Assembly: GCA_943912855.1 (NCBI GenBank)
Contig: CALTVC010000008.1
Span: 97,854-161,853 of the forward strand
DNA from: an uncultured Flavobacterium sp.
GTDB lineage: Bacteria > Bacteroidota > Bacteroidia > Flavobacteriales > Flavobacteriaceae
Length of the DNA: 64,000 bases
Reading direction: 5' to 3'
Part shown: piece by piece, positions 29,613 through 38,372 of the stretch
Layout: every line of letters begins with the position of its first letter
Position numbering within the stretch: position 1 is the first letter of the stretch
Notes under the pieces: generated by a model
Told to the model about the DNA's origin: nothing
The model's database searches: none
Seen by the model: only the letters and a program-made list of their open reading frames with translations
Translations under genes and position numbers: made by a program

Positions 29613-30200
29613 ATGAAAAATTATACGCTTAGCATTGTTGCAGCTCTTACCATAGCTTTTACTTCAGTAAACTGTTCAACCAAAGTTACCCGTGTTAGCG
29701 AAAATTCTGTAACCGATATAAGTGGTCGCTGGAACGATACAGACTCTCGTCTTACTGCCGAAGAAATCACTGCCGAACTTATGGACCACTCTTGGTATAG
29801 TACTTTTGCGTCTGAAAACGCGGGCAAAAAACCGGTGCTTATTGTAGGCATCATTACAAACAAATCACACGAACACATAGCCAGCGAAACTTTTTCTAAA
29901 GACATAGAAAAAGCGGTAATTAACTCTGGTCGCATCAGGCTGGTACAGGCAGGGAACATGCGCGAAGAAATCAGGGCTGAACGCGCTGATCAGCAAAACA
30001 ATGCTTCGCAAAGCACAATGAAAAAGTTCGGTTTAGAACATGGAGCTGATTTTATGCTTCAGGGTACAATAAACTCTATTGTAGACGAGAAAAAGAAAGA
30101 AAAAGCGGTATTCTACCAAATAGACCTGGAGCTTACCAATATCCAGACCAACGAAAAGGTGTGGATAGGTGACAAAAAAATTAAAAAAGTTATTCAGTAA
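29613..30200 (+). CDS. lpoB: LpoB-like (penicillin-binding protein activator family) lipoprotein
   Basis: Lipobox 'SVNC', 'DISGRWNDTDS', 'NKSHEHI', 'GADFMLQGTI...YQIDLEL...EKVW'. Confidence 0.8.
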   Translation: MKNYTLSIVAALTIAFTSVNCSTKVTRVSENSVTDISGRWNDTDSRLTAEEITAELMDHSWYSTFASENAGKKPVLIVGIITNKSHEHIASETFSKDIEKAVINSGRIRLVQAGNMREEIRAERADQQNNASQSTMKKFGLEHGADFMLQGTINSIVDEKKKEKAVFYQIDLELTNIQTNEKVWIGDKKIKKVIQ

Positions 30201-30227
30201 ATAACGGCAATTTTCTTTTCTGAACAG

Positions 30228-32078
30228 ATGAAAAAAGCCAGTCTGCTTATTGCCGCCCCTTTAAAGGCGGCACTTTTAATCTTACTGCTTACCCTTGCGT
30301 CTTGTGCTACCTATAACATGAAGACTGCAGAGGTACAGCAGGAGATTATGAACGGGCAGTTCCGTAAAGCCTCTGAACTTGCCGATAAGAACAAGTTTTT
30401 AGGCAATAAAAGGAATAGGCTGCTCTACTACTTTGAAAAAGGTAAAATAGAGCACATGGACGGCAACTATAAAGAAAGTAATGCGTTTTTTGAAAAAGCC
30501 TACATTCTTATAGACGATGGAATAAAATCCAATGCGGGTTATGCTCTGGCAGCCACGTTTACTAACCCTATGGCTGCGCCTTACAAAGGTGAGGACTTTG
30601 AAAAAGTAGCCATTCATTACTACATGGCGCTTAACTATTTTATGATGGGTCAACCCGATGAGGCATTGGTAGAAGCCAAACGCATCAACATAAAATTGTT
30701 ACAGCTTAACGATAAATATACCGATAATAAGAACAAATACACTCAGGATGCCTTTAGCCAAATCCTTCAGGGTATCATATACGAATCTACCGGCGATATA
30801 AATAACGCTTTTATAGCCTATCGTAATGCTGAGGAAATTTATACGGCAAACGGAGGGAGTTACTTTGGTGTAACTATGCCTGAGCAACTGAAACAGGATT
30901 TACTTCGTACATCGTACAATCTTGGTTTTACACAAGAGTATAACGATTACGTTAAGAAATTCGGGATTACAAATCCATCAGTTCCGGCGAAATACAACGA
31001 TGCCGAGGCAATCATCTTCTGGGAAAACGGCCTTGCTCCCATAAAAGACCAGATTGTGATTACAGCATCGGGCGGTGGGCATTTCTTTTACGGTTCGTAT
31101 ATGGAAGACGGCATAGTACACGATATTCTTTTGCCTATTCCTTTCGGTACAAATCTGGGCAGTATCAATGCCATTGCCATACCTAAATACGGTCGTAGTT
31201 ACAGCTATTATGGTAAGGCTTCGGTACTGGTAAACGGCAAGGAGAGTTATTTTCAGACGGCTGAGGATTATTACCCTATAGCCAAACAATGTTTGCAAGA
31301 CCGCATGCTGCGCGAAGCTGTAAACATGGCGGTGCGCTTTGCAGCTAAAAAAGGAGGGAGTAGTCTTTTGGGCGAAATAGCGAAACAAACCTTGGGCGAA
31401 GATGGTGGGGACCTTGTAAAACTGGCTGCCGATGCTGCCGGTGCCATTACCGAAAAAGCTGATACACGAAACTGGCAGTCGTTACCGGCTACCATAGGCT
31501 ATACCCGTGTACCGCTTACACAGACGGGCGAAAACAAGTTCATCATAAAAAAATACGGTCCAAACAATGTGGTAGATACAGATACCATTACAATTCCGTA
31601 TAGGCGTGGATTGCAGGTGGTGAATTATTTCGATTTGGGGCGTACGCAAATATTACCACAACCTAAGACGGATGCCGTTACAGGAGCTCCTATTCCAGAC
31701 GGCTCTACTATAAAACCTGATGCCAAGTTTGCTGCCAAGTACGATAAATGGGTTGATACACCTAAGGGAATTTCGTATAAGTTGTCGTACTATCCGCAAA
31801 CCATAGACGGGCGTACCGTATGGGGGAAAAAGGTTTTGTTTAAGACTGGTGGTACTGCTAATGTTAAAGTTACCTATACTATTACCGACAAGCCCTATAC
31901 AGACAAAATGAAAGTGGTATCTTTAGAAGAGTTTGAAAAACTGGATAGGGAAAGGAAGGCTGCCGATGTGTACTATTATCTTACTGATACGGTTAAGGCA
32001 GGTGCCGAAACTCCCGGGTGGTATCCGTTTGTGCAGGAAAGCGCAGATGTTTACCTTACCATCTTTAAAACCGAATAA
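30228..32078 (+). CDS. COG3014-like TPR lipoprotein with an extra C-terminal domain
   Basis: Lipobox 'LASC', 'YKGEDFE...YMALNY...ALVEAKR', 'ADTRNWQSLP'. Confidence 0.8.
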   Translation: MKKASLLIAAPLKAALLILLLTLASCATYNMKTAEVQQEIMNGQFRKASELADKNKFLGNKRNRLLYYFEKGKIEHMDGNYKESNAFFEKAYILIDDGIKSNAGYALAATFTNPMAAPYKGEDFEKVAIHYYMALNYFMMGQPDEALVEAKRINIKLLQLNDKYTDNKNKYTQDAFSQILQGIIYESTGDINNAFIAYRNAEEIYTANGGSYFGVTMPEQLKQDLLRTSYNLGFTQEYNDYVKKFGITNPSVPAKYNDAEAIIFWENGLAPIKDQIVITASGGGHFFYGSYMEDGIVHDILLPIPFGTNLGSINAIAIPKYGRSYSYYGKASVLVNGKESYFQTAEDYYPIAKQCLQDRMLREAVNMAVRFAAKKGGSSLLGEIAKQTLGEDGGDLVKLAADAAGAITEKADTRNWQSLPATIGYTRVPLTQTGENKFIIKKYGPNNVVDTDTITIPYRRGLQVVNYFDLGRTQILPQPKTDAVTGAPIPDGSTIKPDAKFAAKYDKWVDTPKGISYKLSYYPQTIDGRTVWGKKVLFKTGGTANVKVTYTITDKPYTDKMKVVSLEEFEKLDRERKAADVYYYLTDTVKAGAETPGWYPFVQESADVYLTIFKTE

Positions 32079-32088
32079 CACCATTGCC

Positions 32089-32463
32089 ATGAAAAAACTT
32101 TTCACATTATTAGCGCTAATGCTGTTTTTATCGGGCTTTGCCCAGGATAAAGACGGCTGGCAGGACTGGGAAAAAACCAGCTGTTACAGCAAAATCATGT
32201 TCAGGCTGAAATACCAAGGTAAAAACGGTACACGACACATTTGGAAAGTACAGTTCAGGAGTGAGTATGATAGTACCATTTCGTTTAACTACCGCGTGGG
32301 TGATGATAACCTGGATAATCAGCCTACCACGCACCGTAAAGTGTTGTATGGTAAAGCGATAAGTCCTGAAGCAGAGATCTATGCCGATACCGATAATATT
32401 TTCCTGATTGTAGATAAAGTAAGCCTCTCGGCCTATCCGCAAAATTTCATTACCTGCGAATAA
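32089..32463 (+). CDS. Hypothetical exported protein
   Basis: Signal peptide MKKLFTLL...GFAQ; start reset to ATG 32089. Confidence 0.75.
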   Translation: MKKLFTLLALMLFLSGFAQDKDGWQDWEKTSCYSKIMFRLKYQGKNGTRHIWKVQFRSEYDSTISFNYRVGDDNLDNQPTTHRKVLYGKAISPEAEIYADTDNIFLIVDKVSLSAYPQNFITCE

Positions 32464-32543
32464 TTCTTTTAACCTTATTTTACGGGGTTTAGATGGAAGA
32501 TTATCGAATTATTTATAATTTTACGCCAGTTTAAAAACCATTA

Positions 32544-34070
32544 ATGAAAATAGTAAAGTACGTATTCCTGCTCCTTGTATTGGCAGCTATAGCACTCACC
32601 GTGTTTATAGCTACCCAAAACGGTACTTATACCGTTACCGAAGAAAAGGTAATTAACGTACCACGTCCCGTTTTGTATAACTATGTAAATGAGTATAAAA
32701 ACTGGGAAAACCTGGGTATGCTTAGTGGTGCCGATTCTACCGCTACATACGCTTTTTCTAACCGTAGTGCAGGGCCGGGTGCTTTCATGAAATGGGATAA
32801 GAACAACGAAGGTGGTAGAATTACTACTCTTGCCGTTGCAGAGAATGACTCCATAAGCCAGCAGACTACCGTAAACGGACTTGAAAGTAAACTTTCCTGG
32901 ATGTTTAAAGATACCCTTAAAAGCACCAAAGTGGTGGTAAAGCTGACGGGTAATCTTACGTTTTCTGAAAAGGCGGAAGCGCTGTTTAAAGGAGGTATCA
33001 ATCACGCTTACGAAAAGAACCTTTCGGGAGGACTGAATAATCTTAATGCCTATCTGGTAACTGAACTTAAAGCTTTTGATACGAAAGTTGCCGGAGTGGT
33101 AAACAAGGTAAATGCCTTTTATCTGGGTACTTCGGCGGAGGGGAAAACCGATAAGGTGGTTACCGAAGCATCGGCTAAGTTCTCTCAATTGTATGATTTT
33201 GCAAAACAAAATAACATTGAGGTTAGCGGTGCGCCGTTCATCATTTATACCAAATTAAACAAAACGGCTAAGACCGCTAAGTATACTTACGCAATTCAGC
33301 TTAAGGAGGCCATTTATACGGCAGCCGGAAGCGAATATGAAAGTGGTGAGTTGGTAGGCTTTAAAGCTTTAAAAACATCGCTAAAAGGTGATTACTCACA
33401 CCTGTCTAAAGCATGGAAAAAGGCGGAGGAGCATATTAGTAAAAATGCTTTACCTGAAAATACTACGGCTCAATACTTAGAAGTATTTAGTAAGAACCCA
33501 TTAAATACCCGTAGGCCATCGCAATGGGTTACTGATATTTACATTCCGGTGGGGCATGCTACGGTTAATGATTCGTTAAACGGACCTGTGCTTCCGCCAA
33601 TAAATAATACTACTACACAGCCTTTACCTCCTACGGTACGTCCTGCTATGGCTAAGCCATCACAGAGTGGTACTGCAAAACCAGTAACAGGTACAGGAGT
33701 AAAACCTGCTGCAACAACGCCTGCGACAAATAAACCTGCATCGTCTGCAAGTACTAAGCCTGCGGCTACATCAGCACTAAAGCCTGCTACAACATCAGGT
33801 ACAGGTGCATCAGCTACAAGAACGGCTACTACACCTGCGCGTACTGCTACAGGTACTACTGCTAATCGTGCTGCCGCCACAACCGGTGCAGCTGCTACAA
33901 GGCAACAGCCATCAGCTTCAGGTAGTACTACTACAACACCACGCAGAACAACTACACCTGCTACAGGTACTGCAACACCTGCTGCAACTACGCCTAAGCG
34001 TAATACAGCTACAAAGACTACAACCCGCAACAATACTGATGACGGGCTAAATCCTCCTAAGGGAAACTAA
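32544..34070 (+). CDS. SRPBCC/GyrI-like effector-binding protein with long Thr/Ala/Pro-rich tail
   Basis: N-terminal anchor, SRPBCC-like 'VNEYKNW', GyrI-like 'KGDYSHLSKAW...WVTDIYIPV', low-complexity C-terminus. Confidence 0.75.
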   Translation: MKIVKYVFLLLVLAAIALTVFIATQNGTYTVTEEKVINVPRPVLYNYVNEYKNWENLGMLSGADSTATYAFSNRSAGPGAFMKWDKNNEGGRITTLAVAENDSISQQTTVNGLESKLSWMFKDTLKSTKVVVKLTGNLTFSEKAEALFKGGINHAYEKNLSGGLNNLNAYLVTELKAFDTKVAGVVNKVNAFYLGTSAEGKTDKVVTEASAKFSQLYDFAKQNNIEVSGAPFIIYTKLNKTAKTAKYTYAIQLKEAIYTAAGSEYESGELVGFKALKTSLKGDYSHLSKAWKKAEEHISKNALPENTTAQYLEVFSKNPLNTRRPSQWVTDIYIPVGHATVNDSLNGPVLPPINNTTTQPLPPTVRPAMAKPSQSGTAKPVTGTGVKPAATTPATNKPASSASTKPAATSALKPATTSGTGASATRTATTPARTATGTTANRAAATTGAAATRQQPSASGSTTTTPRRTTTPATGTATPAATTPKRNTATKTTTRNNTDDGLNPPKGN

Positions 34071-34110
34071 AATCTACTGTTTTATTTTATAGATAAACGC
34101 TGTATGCTTT

Positions 34111-34308
34111 TTAGTGTATGGTGTCTTTTGTAACAAACTTTATTACAAAAAGCAGCGCTATAAAAGATAAAAAGGCAAGCAGGATAAGATACGTACGCTT
34201 ATAGTGTAGTTTGTGCAATGGCAGGTCTTTTCGGTAAACGAAAATAAGCGCCGTAGTAAATGCAATTACAAAGAAAAGCGCAAAACCAAGTTGGCCTGTG
34301 GTAAACAT
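34111..34308 (-). CDS. Small two-TM membrane protein
   Basis: 'MFTTGQLGFALFFVIAF...YRKDLPLHK.HY'; two hydrophobic segments. Confidence 0.75.
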   Translation of the reverse strand: MFTTGQLGFALFFVIAFTTALIFVYRKDLPLHKLHYKRTYLILLAFLSFIALLFVIKFVTKDTIH

Positions 34309-34382
34309 GTTGAAATCTTTTTTGCAAAATTACGACATCACCCTGTATTTCACAGTACATTTATTTCACAAATTTTACTATT

Positions 34383-34766
34383 ATGAAAAAGCAATTAGAC
34401 TCGGTTACACAGTTTCATACTTCGTTTAAACTTGGCGTAGGCGAGAGTACCCGTGCAAGCCTTGGCGAAAACCTGAACCTACTTCGTTACAACCTTATGA
34501 AGGAGGAAAACGAGGAGTACCTGGAGGCAGCACAGAACAATGACCTCACCGAAGTAGCCGATGCACTGGGCGATATGCTGTACATACTGTGCGGTACTAT
34601 TATAGAGCATGGTCTTCAGCATAAGATAGAGGAAGTGTTTGACGAAATACAACGCAGCAACATGAGTAAACTGGACCATAACGGCGAACCCATATACCGT
34701 GAAGACGGCAAGGTTATGAAAGGCCCGAACTACTTTAAACCTGATTTTAGTTCTATATTAAAATAG
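34383..34766 (+). CDS. MazG-like nucleoside triphosphate pyrophosphohydrolase
   Basis: 'EENEEYLEAA...EVADALGDMLY...SNMSKL...REDGKVMKGP'. Confidence 0.9.
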   Translation: MKKQLDSVTQFHTSFKLGVGESTRASLGENLNLLRYNLMKEENEEYLEAAQNNDLTEVADALGDMLYILCGTIIEHGLQHKIEEVFDEIQRSNMSKLDHNGEPIYREDGKVMKGPNYFKPDFSSILK

Positions 34767-34884
34767 TTTTCAGTCTCAGTCCCAGTCTCAGTTTTCAGTT
34801 CAAAACATAAAAAATGCCTTAGAATTTTCTAAGGCATTTTTATTATATCATATCAGTCTGAAAACTGCGACTGCGACTGAAAAC
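34766..34884. repeat. 6-nt-period inverted repeat arms around a bidirectional terminator
   Basis: GTTTTCAGTCTCAGTCCCAGTCTCAGTTTTCAG and CTGAAAACTGCGACTGCGACTGAAAAC; central hairpin at 34807-34843. Confidence 0.8.
34807..34843. terminator. Bidirectional terminator
   Basis: A-tract, TGCCTTAGAA-TT-TTCTAAGGCA, T-tract. Confidence 0.85.
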
Positions 34885-35952
34885 TTATATTTTCACGGTC
34901 CAGCCAAAAGTGTCTTCGGCAAGTTTGTGTTGTATGTTCGTCAGTTTGTCTTTTATTTTCAGCGAAAGCGGATCTTCAAGTTTAGGCAGTTCGTAGTATT
35001 CCTCCTGGAAGCTAAAGCCTTTAATAGGGTTAACTACGGCTGCTGTACCTGCCCCGAAAATTTCTTTAAGCGAGCCGTCTTTAATGCCTTCTATCAGTTC
35101 GCTAACAAGTATAGGGCGTACTTCGGTATCTATGCCTTCGCTTTTGGCAAGTTCCAGTATACTTTTACGGGTTACGCCATCAAGTATACGTTCGCTGGTA
35201 GGAGCGGTGCATAGTGTATCGTTAAAACGGAAAAACACGTTCATGGTACCAGCTTCTTCAAGCTTGGTGTGTGTGGCGTCATCCGTCCATATTACCTGCT
35301 GGTAGCCCTGCTCATTGGCAAGCTTGGTAGGGTAAAACTGAGCCGAGTAGTTACCGGCAGCCTTAGCGGCACCAATACCACCGTTAGCCGCACGGCTAAA
35401 GTGTTCGGCTATGAGTACTTTAACCTCACCTGAGTAGTATGATTTTGCTGGCGACATAATCACCATAAATTTGTATTCCTGAGATGGTGATGCTATAACA
35501 CCGTGTCCGGTAGCTATCATAAACGGGCGCAGGTACAGCGAGTTACCTTTACCACCTTTTACCCATTCCTTATCCAGGTTTATAAGTTGCTTAAGACCTT
35601 CAATGAATACATCTTCAGGTACTTCGGGCATGGCAAGCCTTACTGCAGATTTGTTAAAGCGGATGAAATTCTGGTCGGGCCTGAAAAGCCAAACGTCGTT
35701 ATTGTCGTCTTTGTAGGCCTTCATGCCTTCAAAAATTGCCTGACCATAGTGGAATACCCTTGATGAAGGATCCATGGTTATAGGGGCATAAGGCTCAATT
35801 ACGGGAGTTCCCCACTGTCCGTCCTTATAATCGCAATACAGCATGTGGTCTGTAAATACGTTTCCGAAAGGCAGGTTGTTGAAGTCAACAGAACCTATCT
35901 TTGAGTCTTGGGCTTTGTGTACTTCAATAGCGAAAGTAGGGTCGTTGCTCAT
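34885..35952 (-). CDS. ilvE: Branched-chain amino acid aminotransferase
   Basis: 'HYGQAIFEGMKAY', 'AKAAGNY', 'EEAGTMNVF', 'ILDGVTRKS', 'GAGTAAV'. Confidence 0.95.
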   Translation of the reverse strand: MSNDPTFAIEVHKAQDSKIGSVDFNNLPFGNVFTDHMLYCDYKDGQWGTPVIEPYAPITMDPSSRVFHYGQAIFEGMKAYKDDNNDVWLFRPDQNFIRFNKSAVRLAMPEVPEDVFIEGLKQLINLDKEWVKGGKGNSLYLRPFMIATGHGVIASPSQEYKFMVIMSPAKSYYSGEVKVLIAEHFSRAANGGIGAAKAAGNYSAQFYPTKLANEQGYQQVIWTDDATHTKLEEAGTMNVFFRFNDTLCTAPTSERILDGVTRKSILELAKSEGIDTEVRPILVSELIEGIKDGSLKEIFGAGTAAVVNPIKGFSFQEEYYELPKLEDPLSLKIKDKLTNIQHKLAEDTFGWTVKI

Positions 35953-36147
35953 TAGTGTATAGTAGTTAAGAGTTATTCGCGTATTCGCAAATTTAAGAAA
36001 AAATCATAGTTAGCCCTGTTTTAAGCCAAAAAAATGAAAAATAAAAAAACAAATTACTGAAACAAAGAAATATAAATAACCATTTGAAGTTGCTGTAATT
36101 AAAGAATCTGTATAAATTTGTCACACAAAGAATCAAAATCGTTACAA

Positions 36148-36831
36148 ATGAAAAAATATGTAGTGGTGGCTGCAACGTTGCTAAGCATTGTTGCCTGCAA
36201 AAAAAACGAAACCGAAGTAAAATCTGAAGATACGGTAATTGAAGGTAAGCATGATGCTGTTTCGGTTGATACAGATACCGTAACCAACGATACCGCTGAA
36301 CCTGCAGAGGCTCCTGAAAAACCGGAAGCGGCAGAGCTGCCTGAGAAAGCAGAGGTAAAAGAAGCTCCTGAAGCCAAAGAGAAAAAAGAAGTAGCTCCTA
36401 AAAAAGTTACGGCTACTCAGCCTAAGGCTAATTACGCCTCTTTTGGCGATAAGATTGTTGCTGATAATGCAATAAGTAAAGAGCAGATGCTTAAAAAATA
36501 CAACACCCTGAAACCGGGCGATACGGTTAGCGTAAAGTTTAAGACCGATATTAAGGACGTATGCCAAAAGAAAGGTTGCTGGATGGCATTAGACCTTTCT
36601 CAGGGTAAAGAGTCGTTTGTGAAGTTTAAAGACTATGCGTTTTTTGTGCCGCTTAATGCAGGGGGACAGGAAGCTATAGTGCAGGGTAAGGCATTTGTAA
36701 GTGAAATATCTGTGGCGCAACTTAAACATTATGCCAAAGACGGTGGTAAGAGCGAGGATGAAATTGCTAAAATTACCAAACCTGAAATTAAGTACGGATT
36801 TATGGCCGATGGCGTGCTGATTAGCCAGTAA
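36148..36831 (+). CDS. DUF4920-family lipoprotein
   Basis: Lipobox 'IVAC'; 'VCQKKGCWM...FVKFKDYAFFVP'; start reset to ATG 36148. Confidence 0.85.
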   Translation: MKKYVVVAATLLSIVACKKNETEVKSEDTVIEGKHDAVSVDTDTVTNDTAEPAEAPEKPEAAELPEKAEVKEAPEAKEKKEVAPKKVTATQPKANYASFGDKIVADNAISKEQMLKKYNTLKPGDTVSVKFKTDIKDVCQKKGCWMALDLSQGKESFVKFKDYAFFVPLNAGGQEAIVQGKAFVSEISVAQLKHYAKDGGKSEDEIAKITKPEIKYGFMADGVLISQ

Positions 36832-37289
36832 TGAAGAGAATATTTATTTTGGCAGTATTGTGCCTTGTGTTTTCGGCGTGTAAAAAAGATGCAACTGCTC
36901 CTAAAGTAGAAGTTAAGGATAGCGTTGCGAATTGTGCCAAGCCTAAGAAGGAATTTAAAATGTACGAAATGAGTGAGCTTGCCTTGCTTATGGAACAGAT
37001 GTACAAGGAAAACGAACAACTTAAGGCGCGTATTATTAAAGGAGATACTTTGGGGAAATTCCCGGAACACATCTTGAAAATACGCACGGCAACAATGACC
37101 GATGAAAGCGACCGTGATGCTTTTTTTAATGAAAATGCTGAAGGCTTTATTAAGGCACAGCAAAATGTATATAATGGTACTGCCGATGCCAAAAAACGTT
37201 TTAACGAGGGGGTAGATGCCTGTCTTAAATGCCATGAAGGCAAATGCGGAGGACCTATTCCACGCATAATGAAACTTTACATTAAATAG
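36831..37289 (+). CDS. Lipoprotein with CxxCH (putative cytochrome c-like) motif
   Basis: Lipobox 'FSAC'; 'CLKCHEGKCGGPIPRI'. Confidence 0.7.
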   Translation: MKRIFILAVLCLVFSACKKDATAPKVEVKDSVANCAKPKKEFKMYEMSELALLMEQMYKENEQLKARIIKGDTLGKFPEHILKIRTATMTDESDRDAFFNENAEGFIKAQQNVYNGTADAKKRFNEGVDACLKCHEGKCGGPIPRIMKLYIK

Positions 37290-37291
37290 CT

Positions 37292-37954
37292 TTGAAAAGA
37301 GAAATCATAGTAACCGGAGATGGTTCTGTAACCATACATCTCCCTGAAATGAAGGAGAGTTACCATTCTAAATTCGGTGCCATACGCGAAGCATATCACG
37401 TATTCATACAAAACGGGCTGGCCTTAACTAATGGGCAGCCCGTTGCCATTTTAGAAATAGGCTTTGGTACGGGGCTTAACGCCTTTATTACGTATCTTGA
37501 AAGCCTTAAAAGCGGACAGCAGATACATTATACGGGTGTTGAAGCTTATCCGGTGGCACTAGAGGAGGCGTTGCAACTTAATTATGTAACCGAACTTCAG
37601 GCTGTGGAAGAGCAAGCAGTATTTGATGCAATGCACGCTAATAAATGGGAAGAGGAGGCAATAATAAATGATAAATTTACGTTAATCAAACAGCACAAAT
37701 TTTTTCAGGACATTGAGGATACCGATCTTTACGACCTGATTTATTTTGATGCCTTTGGTTACCACGCCCAGCCCGAATTATGGAGTGAGGAAATTTTTGC
37801 CAAAATGTACAAGGCGCTAAAACCAAACGGCATCCTGGTTACTTATGCCTGCCGTACTGTAATTAAAAACGCTATGAAAACCGCGGGATTTCTTACAGAA
37901 AAGCTACCTGGCCCACCGGGTAAACGCGAAATGCTAAGAGGGTATAAGAACTAG
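37292..37954 (+). CDS. mnmD: tRNA mnm5s2U34 methyltransferase MnmD (stand-alone MnmC methyltransferase domain)
   Basis: 'TGDGS.TI...YHS..GA..EA.HVFI', 'LEIGFGTGLN', 'YFDAF...QPELW', 'PGPPGKREM'; TTG start. Confidence 0.92.
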   Translation: MKREIIVTGDGSVTIHLPEMKESYHSKFGAIREAYHVFIQNGLALTNGQPVAILEIGFGTGLNAFITYLESLKSGQQIHYTGVEAYPVALEEALQLNYVTELQAVEEQAVFDAMHANKWEEEAIINDKFTLIKQHKFFQDIEDTDLYDLIYFDAFGYHAQPELWSEEIFAKMYKALKPNGILVTYACRTVIKNAMKTAGFLTEKLPGPPGKREMLRGYKN

Positions 37955-38088
37955 ATTGAATGCTTAAAATTGAGTATTTGTAATTTTTTATGGTTTAAAT
38001 TGTGAAATTCATTTTTTTAATTGAAAATATTTTTCATAATTTTACATCCACGTTCTTTAAAACCGAAACCTTATAATCATTAATCAAT

Positions 38089-38292
38089 ATGCCTGCATCC
38101 ATGTTTAATTACACAAAAACAGTGCTTGAAAGCGTTAGCTTTGACCCGTCACTGTTTTGCAAGGAAGTAGAAAAAGCTTTAAAAATGCTATTACCTTACG
38201 AGCTGGAACAATTAGTAGACTGGCTGTACAAATTTACTACTACCCACCCTGAGTTGCAAAGTTGCCTTTCGGTGGTAGAAAATACAAAATAA
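38089..38292 (+). CDS. Small conserved hypothetical protein
   Basis: 'MFNYTKTVLESVSFDPSLFCKEVEKA..LLPYE'; has its own leader and a downstream terminator. Confidence 0.75.
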   Translation: MPASMFNYTKTVLESVSFDPSLFCKEVEKALKMLLPYELEQLVDWLYKFTTTHPELQSCLSVVENTK

Positions 38293-38313
38293 AGGTCGCT
38301 GCCTTTATTAATT

Positions 38314-38346
38314 AAAAAACGGTTGCTGTAATGGCAACCGTTTTTG
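38314..38346. terminator. Bidirectional terminator
   Basis: AAAAAACGGTTGC-loop-GCAACCGTTTTT. Confidence 0.8.
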
Positions 38347-38372
38347 TTTTATATACGTGTAAGCAGATTTAT

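Noticed and set aside
31933..32088. N-terminal extension of the 176-aa ORF
   Set aside because: It overlaps the upstream gene; the signal peptide begins at ATG 32089.
33539..34033. 164-aa Val/Ala-rich antisense ORF
   Set aside because: It is the shadow of the low-complexity tail on the + strand.
34383..34766. MazG-like gene as an anti-phage system
   Set aside because: Stand-alone housekeeping-type gene with no defence-associated neighbours.
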